Under the pieces are notes generated by a model. It saw only the letters and a list, made by a program, of their open reading frames with translations, was not told the origin of the DNA and made no database searches. From contig OZ244587.1 in assembly GCA_965218095.1 (NCBI GenBank), positions 4,640,001 to 4,704,000 of the forward strand: DNA of 64,000 bases. Reading direction: 5' to 3'. How positions within the stretch are numbered: position 1 is the stretch's first letter; every line of letters begins with the position of its first letter. Below, one piece after another: positions 58,169 through 64,000 of the stretch. A program made the position numbers and the translations under genes. This DNA comes from Candidatus Poribacteria bacterium (GTDB taxonomy: Bacteria; Poribacteria; WGA-4E; PCPOR2b).

Positions 58169-59002
58169 TCACACCTTCAGCCACCCCCATAGCGTCACAC
58201 GCTTGGCTCTGGGAGAAACGTCGGCAGACGCAGTACCATACCAATCAGGGGCGAAGTCCTTCCCCGGTTCCTTTGTCAGACGGTGAGACATCCGCGTACC
58301 AATATCTAATACATAAATATCCAAAACGCGATCGGTATCATCTGCCAAGCGGACATAAGCAATGTGTTTTCCATCCGGTGACCACGTTGGCTCAAGGTCA
58401 ATCCACTTACGATTATTTGTCATATTGCGCAGAAACAATCCATCGGCATTCATCACGTAGATTTCCGCTCGTTGTCTTATTGGCCATCTGGTAAAGGCAA
58501 TTTCCCCGTCTGGTGACCACGCGGGCGAAGAATTCTGCAAGTCCGGACGGTTTGTCAGATTGCGGGGATTGTTTCCATCGGCGTCCATCACGTAGATGTC
58601 TCCGGTTATCTTTGCCCTTCTTTCCTCTCTGTGGAAGGCAATAAATCGACCATCCGGCGACCACGCGGGGTCATGGTCGTCGTCGGGATGGTCTGTCAGT
58701 CTCCGGACGTTGTTTCCATCGGCGTCCATCACGTAGATTTCAAAGTTCCCGTCTCGACCGCTAGTGAAGGCGATTTGGGCAAGTCGCGGCGGCTGCGCTT
58801 GCGCTTGATTATTTATCCATAGCGTCGTCCTGCTAGGTAGTAGATATCCAAAATTGATGGAGATTGCACCGATCCCAATCAACGCAATAAATGTCGCAAT
58901 CCCAATGCTTGGAATCAGTTGCTTGGGTAACAGTCTCCCAATGGTCTGGATAAGACTCCCTTTTGGCAAACTCCCAACCCGTTCCATCATCTGGTTTAGC
59001 AT
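58169..59002 (-). CDS. TolB-like PD40-repeat protein with TWG-like tail
   Basis: IYVM.ADG..LT...P.WSPDG repeats; ends ADVSPRAKRVTLWGWLKV. Confidence 0.85.
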   Translation of the reverse strand: MLNQMMERVGSLPKGSLIQTIGRLLPKQLIPSIGIATFIALIGIGAISINFGYLLPSRTTLWINNQAQAQPPRLAQIAFTSGRDGNFEIYVMDADGNNVRRLTDHPDDDHDPAWSPDGRFIAFHREERRAKITGDIYVMDADGNNPRNLTNRPDLQNSSPAWSPDGEIAFTRWPIRQRAEIYVMNADGLFLRNMTNNRKWIDLEPTWSPDGKHIAYVRLADDTDRVLDIYVLDIGTRMSHRLTKEPGKDFAPDWYGTASADVSPRAKRVTLWGWLKV

Positions 59003-59241
59003 GCCGACCTCCTAAAAGCGGAAAGGGTTGCCGATTCGATAAGAACTGGCAATTTGAGTAAAAGATGACAACTTGGGTTATATGTAACCGTTTAGGTAGA
59101 TTGATCTTCGCATTTATAAATAATTGGCTTGCAGATTCTTTGAATATGTGATATTATTGGGGTGTTACAAGCCTGTGATTCTGAAGTTTATTAAATCGTT
59201 GGCTTGTTTTACCTTTCCTCGCCAAAGTAAAGGACACCCCA

Positions 59242-59682
59242 ATGAGTGATTTTCTTAGTGTAGTAGCGGATATACTCATTATCATTGCTGCTGGAAAGTT
59301 CATTTGGAAACACATTCCCAGTAGTGACGATTTGTATAGTATCAGAAAGTCCTTCATAGACTTCAGAGATGAAGCAAAACAACTGAAAGAAGAAGTCGTC
59401 AATTTAAGAAGGGTAGAGCTTACCAACATCGCAGAGAATCTGAAAACTAGAGATGCAACTGCGAAGAAAACCGTACCTGTTGAAGATATTGACAAGAAAC
59501 TTGATTCTTTTCAACAGTCAGTAACGAGAATGGACAGGTACATGACAACTACCCTTGCAACTCATGTAGCAGTCATCAAGTCAATAGATAGTATAGAGGG
59601 GCGTTATGCCCAAATGGAGGAACGATTTGGGCAAACCGAAACAACCCTCCGAAATGTTGCTAGAAGATTGCACATGAGATAG
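59242..59682 (+). CDS. IS passenger: N-terminal TM plus coiled-coil protein
   Basis: AAGGA RBS; hydrophobic N-terminus; heptad-rich body. Confidence 0.65.
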   Translation: MSDFLSVVADILIIIAAGKFIWKHIPSSDDLYSIRKSFIDFRDEAKQLKEEVVNLRRVELTNIAENLKTRDATAKKTVPVEDIDKKLDSFQQSVTRMDRYMTTTLATHVAVIKSIDSIEGRYAQMEERFGQTETTLRNVARRLHMR

Positions 59683-59747
59683 ACATAAAACAGGCGAGGG
59701 GGTGTTATAGCACCCCCACCGCCACAACATGGCAAAGGAGACCCCCC

Positions 59748-59927
59748 ATGCCACGCATCAAATACATCAAGTCTTACAGGCGTAAAGACGGCACGCTTGT
59801 AAGTCCACATATACGGACAACTGCTGATAACACCCTCTGCATCACGACTTATTCCAATGAAAGGAGGGATTATCGTGTTTATAAAAATACGCAAAACCTT
59901 TACGTTTATCGTACTCAAAATCGCTAA
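59748..59927 (+). CDS. IS passenger: 59-aa protein with a YRRKDGT.V.PH.RT motif (below the ORF-track cutoff)
   Basis: AAAGGAG RBS; MPRIKYIKSYRRKDGTLVSPHIRTTADN... Confidence 0.55.
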   Translation: MPRIKYIKSYRRKDGTLVSPHIRTTADNTLCITTYSNERRDYRVYKNTQNLYVYRTQNR

Positions 59928-60116
59928 ACGTAAGGGTAATCAAACGCCGTATAGCAGTCCTTATACGGCTACGCCTAAGCAATAACTCTTAGGCAATATC
60001 AGGGGGTGCTACACAAAGCACTCCCTGATATTTTGTTGCTAGAGTGTCCGGCTCCCACCGGACACTCCCTTATGGGAAAACCTCTGAAAATATGACTCAG
60101 AAAGGAGGCAGATGTT

Positions 60117-60311
60117 ATGTCATCACAAAGGAAGGTGGATATTCAACGTGTTAAAGAACATCTACAAAAACATGCTGATAAAACCCACCGAATTGAAGAG
60201 AGGTTATTTACCTCTACTGCAACCGTAGAAGATTTAAGAGTTGCAATTCAGTTACTTAAAAATGACTACACACTAATTACAACCATTTTCAAAAGGTTGG
60301 AAATAGTGTAA
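60117..60311 (+). CDS. IS passenger: 64-aa hypothetical protein
   Basis: Strong AAAGGAGG RBS. Confidence 0.55.
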   Translation: MSSQRKVDIQRVKEHLQKHADKTHRIEERLFTSTATVEDLRVAIQLLKNDYTLITTIFKRLEIV

Positions 60312-60349
60312 TCTAATCCTTCTATGGAGTCTCCAGAGGTTTTCCCACC

Positions 60350-61231
60350 CTACACAAAGCATTCCCTGATAAACTTCTTGAAGATGTTCCGGTTCTTCCG
60401 GTTGTTGTACTTGTAACACGCCTCAGCGATGTAGAGCGAAACATGCTTGTAGTGGTGATGTGTACCATGAAACGCACGTTTCACCAGCGACCAGAACCCT
60501 TCAATCGTGTTTGTGTGGGTATTACCGTCCACGTACTGCCAGTTCTTGTGTCTGATGACATGGTGAGGCATGAGCCCATCAACCGCCTCATACGATGAGA
60601 ACTCATCTGTCATTAGAACTGAATCCTTCGGCTTCTCAATAACGCCTTTGATGAACCCCAAAACGCCCTTACGACTCAAACTCGTAGCCACACGCGCCAC
60701 AACATTCCCAGCCCGTTCAACAGCACCGATAACGGGCGTTTTCTTCGTGCCTCTACCTCGCTTGCTCGGTGGAGGCAAGTTCCCGTCCTTGTCTTTTCGT
60801 CGTCGGGGCTTACCGCCCACGTAGGTTTCATCGCATTCAATAATTCCTCTCAGTAAAACCTTGCCCTTTCTACCCATCTCAGACCTGATTCGTTTCATCA
60901 TGAACCAAGCTGAGGGTTGCGTTAAGTCCAAATGACGAGCCATTTGACAACTTGATAGGCTTTTCTTCGCATCGTTCATTAACAGGATAGCCATAAACCA
61001 CTTCTGAAGTGGAATCTGTGTTCCTTGAAATATCGTTCCCTGTAACACATTGAAACTTGACTTACAAGTATGGCAATTCCAACGACCAATTATGCTAGCT
61101 TCATTCTTCGGTGCAACCTTTTTACTTTCGCAATATGGACACTCAGGTTTGCCACCCCAGCGGATAGTTTCTAAGTGTTTAATACAACTCTCTTGGTCAG
61201 AAAATCGTTCTACAGCATCAAACAAGTTCAT
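60350..61231 (-). CDS. IS1595-family DDE transposase
   Basis: CPYC..C..C zinc ribbon, GTIF....PLQKWF, ECDETYVGG, TDE, HTNTIEGFWSLVKR. Confidence 0.95.
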   Translation of the reverse strand: MNLFDAVERFSDQESCIKHLETIRWGGKPECPYCESKKVAPKNEASIIGRWNCHTCKSSFNVLQGTIFQGTQIPLQKWFMAILLMNDAKKSLSSCQMARHLDLTQPSAWFMMKRIRSEMGRKGKVLLRGIIECDETYVGGKPRRRKDKDGNLPPPSKRGRGTKKTPVIGAVERAGNVVARVATSLSRKGVLGFIKGVIEKPKDSVLMTDEFSSYEAVDGLMPHHVIRHKNWQYVDGNTHTNTIEGFWSLVKRAFHGTHHHYKHVSLYIAEACYKYNNRKNRNIFKKFIRECFV

Positions 61232-61383
61232 TCATCTCAACTCCTTTATTCATAAGGGTTTGATGCCTATATTGTATCAAATTTACACAAAACTTGCAAG
61301 CCTAAACCTTATAAGCGCGTTGATCTTTTGCCCTCCTCTTCATTTTTACCCCCTGAACGGTTACGGTTATATGAGTCACATCA

Positions 61384-63270
61384 TTACCAATCGAGTGATT
61401 GCTCGTCGATGTACCGCGTTGTCTTCTTCCATAGTGTGACGTCGTCCCGGTAGTGGTCGCGTTGGTAAAGCGGGCAAAGCACCCCCGGCGGATCGATACA
61501 CACGACGTCGTGACCCTTGCGTACCAGGAAATACCGCTGATTGTCGATGTTTATGCAATCGGTCCGCTCCGCAATGGGAAAGGTAAATTGTACAACCTGA
61601 TCTGCATGAACCTGCCCCACCTGCGCGTATCGGCCATTGAAGCTAACCGCACGTGGGGTCTCGCTGACCATACATTGCACTTGACCCCGTTCGACCCAGG
61701 CCGGCATCCGCACGGACAGGGCACAATTCTGTTTGACAGTTATATCCACTTGGCCCATGTAGGGAATGTGACTGTTCACATCCACCGCCTCGTGGGCGCG
61801 ATTTAGCAGCAGATTGACCTTGACCCGGTCACCTTCGATATGGACCACATTTCGCCACACGTCATACAGGCCGAAAGTTGCATTGGCAGTGCAACAGTGC
61901 ATGATGCCCTGCACATGGCCCAGGCGTTCAGCCTTTGCGCCCTCCAGGATGTGCCGGCCAAACTCTACCCACTCATTGGGGCTCTGCCAGCCTGCAAACG
62001 CCCCAATATTGCGCTCACCGACCCGATCCGTCGTCATCGGCCATGTGCCATCGGGCTCGATCTGTGAAGGCGGATCGCCCACATGCAAGCGGTGGATCCA
62101 GTCATGGCGAAGGAATTGTCCCTCCGCCAATTGGTTCCGGGCCCAACGATCCGCATCGTCCCAATATTCATCGCCCAAGCCTGCTTCAGCCAGACGAACC
62201 GCGATCCGGATCATGTCGCCCACTTCACAGAGTTCACACGTTTGGTCCCTTGCAAGGCAGGTTTGGGGCCTTGCAAGACCAACCGACTCTGGAAAAAAGC
62301 CTGTTAAACACTCACCAAACGTCTTGGCGACTGGAAACGCATCACAGGCAAAATCAAGCAACTGCTGATCGCCAGATGCCAGGGCGTACTCCAGGCAGGT
62401 CAGGATGGTCATGGCGTGATGGTGAAAATGATTGACATGATGGCGGGGGCCCTGCGGGTCAGGGTTGTCGGGTAGGAATTCAAAGTTAGGCCCAAAATAC
62501 TGGCTCGCTTTGGGCATGTAACGGCACAGTCGCCCCGCAAGTTCCAGTGCCGGCTCATAGCCGCTGACTCGATAGAAATAAACGAGCCGCCGTGCAGGCC
62601 ACATACCATAGGCGGCAAATGTTCCCAGGGGTCGGGGCAGCGCCGGATTGCCCTGCTCTCCCGGCGCGTAGTGCCATTGTTGCAGGTAGGCCATATCACC
62701 CGTGGAGACTACCAGGCGCCGCAATCCATCCACAATGCCTCGACCAATTGGCTCCCAGAAATCCCTGTCGTCCAGAACCGCAAAGGTTGCTGCTGCGCCC
62801 AACGCCAGACCGTTGACCTGCTGATCGATAACTTGTTCGCCCTCAAAGACACCTGTCCCTCCGAACCGCAGATAGGGAAGGCCCTCCATCGGTGTCGCTA
62901 CCAGTCCATCAGGCGCGATCATGTGGAGCAACACTTCCTTCCAGCACTGCTCCACATGGAGTCCTTGCTCGGAACCACTCATCAGCCGCATGCGGGGCAC
63001 CACGTCCATGAACTTGATCATGATGCCGGTATCCGAGATATCATGATACATCACCGGCGGGTTGAAACGGAAAGAGACTTTCCAATAGACCCGGTAATCC
63101 GCCTCCGGATCGGTCGGCTCCGTCATACCATTGACCGCTAACCTGGCCCGTTCAGCCAGATCGAGCGTGGCGGGGGTCATCAATTCGTAGTGCCTTCCCC
63201 GGCACTTGCCCTCGGGTGGGATCGGCGCATCAGGTTGAATATAGCGAATACCACTTCCAATAGTTGCCAT
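61384..63270 (-). CDS. GH127-like glycoside hydrolase paralog
   Basis: CELCE.GDM and HCCTAN motifs; paralog of the 12422 and 18643 genes. Confidence 0.65.
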   Translation of the reverse strand: MATIGSGIRYIQPDAPIPPEGKCRGRHYELMTPATLDLAERARLAVNGMTEPTDPEADYRVYWKVSFRFNPPVMYHDISDTGIMIKFMDVVPRMRLMSGSEQGLHVEQCWKEVLLHMIAPDGLVATPMEGLPYLRFGGTGVFEGEQVIDQQVNGLALGAAATFAVLDDRDFWEPIGRGIVDGLRRLVVSTGDMAYLQQWHYAPGEQGNPALPRPLGTFAAYGMWPARRLVYFYRVSGYEPALELAGRLCRYMPKASQYFGPNFEFLPDNPDPQGPRHHVNHFHHHAMTILTCLEYALASGDQQLLDFACDAFPVAKTFGECLTGFFPESVGLARPQTCLARDQTCELCEVGDMIRIAVRLAEAGLGDEYWDDADRWARNQLAEGQFLRHDWIHRLHVGDPPSQIEPDGTWPMTTDRVGERNIGAFAGWQSPNEWVEFGRHILEGAKAERLGHVQGIMHCCTANATFGLYDVWRNVVHIEGDRVKVNLLLNRAHEAVDVNSHIPYMGQVDITVKQNCALSVRMPAWVERGQVQCMVSETPRAVSFNGRYAQVGQVHADQVVQFTFPIAERTDCINIDNQRYFLVRKGHDVVCIDPPGVLCPLYQRDHYRDDVTLWKKTTRYIDEQSLDW

Positions 63271-64000
63271 AGTCAATCTCCTCTATTATATGAGTTTTTC
63301 GTTGTAGTGGTGACTGGGATACACACCTGTGCAAAGCTGGCACGCGGGCTCCCAGATAACGTTTTGGATAGGTAGATTCCTTGCGGAATTTTCCCCCCAT
63401 CAGAACTGTACGTGCGATTTTCACCGCATACAGCTCGCACTGTCAATTACTGATTATCTTTAATAAACGGATAGAGAATCTTTAGGCTGACTGGATTCCA
63501 AGTCTATCCTAAAAGATAATCTCAGCCCTACTTACTTTACCTCATGCAGAACATGGGGATAAGTCGCCAAGTTTGCAAGCAGTGACTCGATATGCGCTCA
63601 TCTTCCCTTAATCTATTCATGATGTATTTCAGTACGTTGACACTAGGCAGGCTCGGTATCTCTACCTATCTGCCCTCCTCTCCCATATTTCTCAGAGAGA
63701 AACTTAGGGACTTTCCTGTTCTCACATAATGCACATTTCAGATGATTTAGGCTCTGACTATACCCCGAAGTTGTTAGCTTACTCGACGGTGTAAATGTTA
63801 GACACCACCCTTTAGCTCGTACCTTTTGGTTATAGGCTGGTAACAGGGAGTTGGTTAGTCTCCCCCATTGTAGATTCACCTATTCTATCCTCACGAGGCT
63901 TCTATCATCAGTTCAGTTTTCGCGTTAGCCATGTCATCTTTAGCCTGACGTCCCAATCTCTAGGGTCTACATTCCCATTCAGGGATTCGCCTTTTCCCTT

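Larger units (their letters stand above)
59109..61319 (-). mobile_element. IS1595-family element with passenger genes
   Basis: Imperfect TIRs cgc..ttata.......ggcttgca; 8-bp TSD TTGATCTT at 59101-59108 and 61320-61327. Confidence 0.85.
59084..61364. mobile_element. IS66-type MITE (~62 bp when empty) interrupted by an IS1595
   Basis: Ends GTAACCGTTTAGG / CCTGAACGGTTAC; 8-bp TSD GGTTATAT at 59076-59083 and 61365-61372. Confidence 0.8.

Noticed and set aside
59604-59918. 104-aa minus-strand ORF in the IS1595
   Set aside because: It is antisense to RBS-supported plus-strand ORFs and spans a hairpin.
1-64000. CRISPR array, rRNA or tRNA genes
   Set aside because: I saw no regularly spaced repeat-spacer array or recognisable structural RNA gene.
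1-64000. Complete DGR cassette (RT, template repeat, Avd)
   Set aside because: No reverse transcriptase ORF and no AAC-rich non-coding copy of the variable region; only candidate targets are present.
63640-64000. Gene at the right edge
   Set aside because: Low-GC sequence with no ORF I can assign from this window.

Overview
Accessory-rich 64-kb window of a bacterial genome. The gene content (many LamG-like exported proteins ending in an 'AV(E/S)P..KL..TWG..K' tail, FGE/SUMF1-fold lipoproteins, a PhyH dioxygenase, BNR and heparinase-like glycan enzymes) suggests Candidatus Poribacteria or a relative; this is inference only. I found no rRNA, tRNA, CRISPR array or reverse transcriptase. Main observations: (1) A conserved ~20-aa C-terminal tail occurs on 8 exported proteins of at least three folds, a candidate protein-sorting signal. 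Several of these genes have near-consensus sigma70 promoters. (2) Five FGE/C-type-lectin-fold lipoprotein genes, three in tandem, have hypervariable C-termini resembling DGR variable regions, but no RT or template is present. (3) Two TonB-like anchored DUF4159 proteins, one co-oriented with two degenerate parvulin foldases. (4) An IS1595 with passenger ORFs is nested in an IS66-type MITE, each with its own 8-bp TSD. (5) Scattered attC-like cassette relics. (6) An orphan hsdS between hsdM and hsdR stubs. (7) A ~1.7-kb segmental duplication. Many REP-like palindromes and pseudogene fragments are also present. All product calls come from motif recognition, not database searches.
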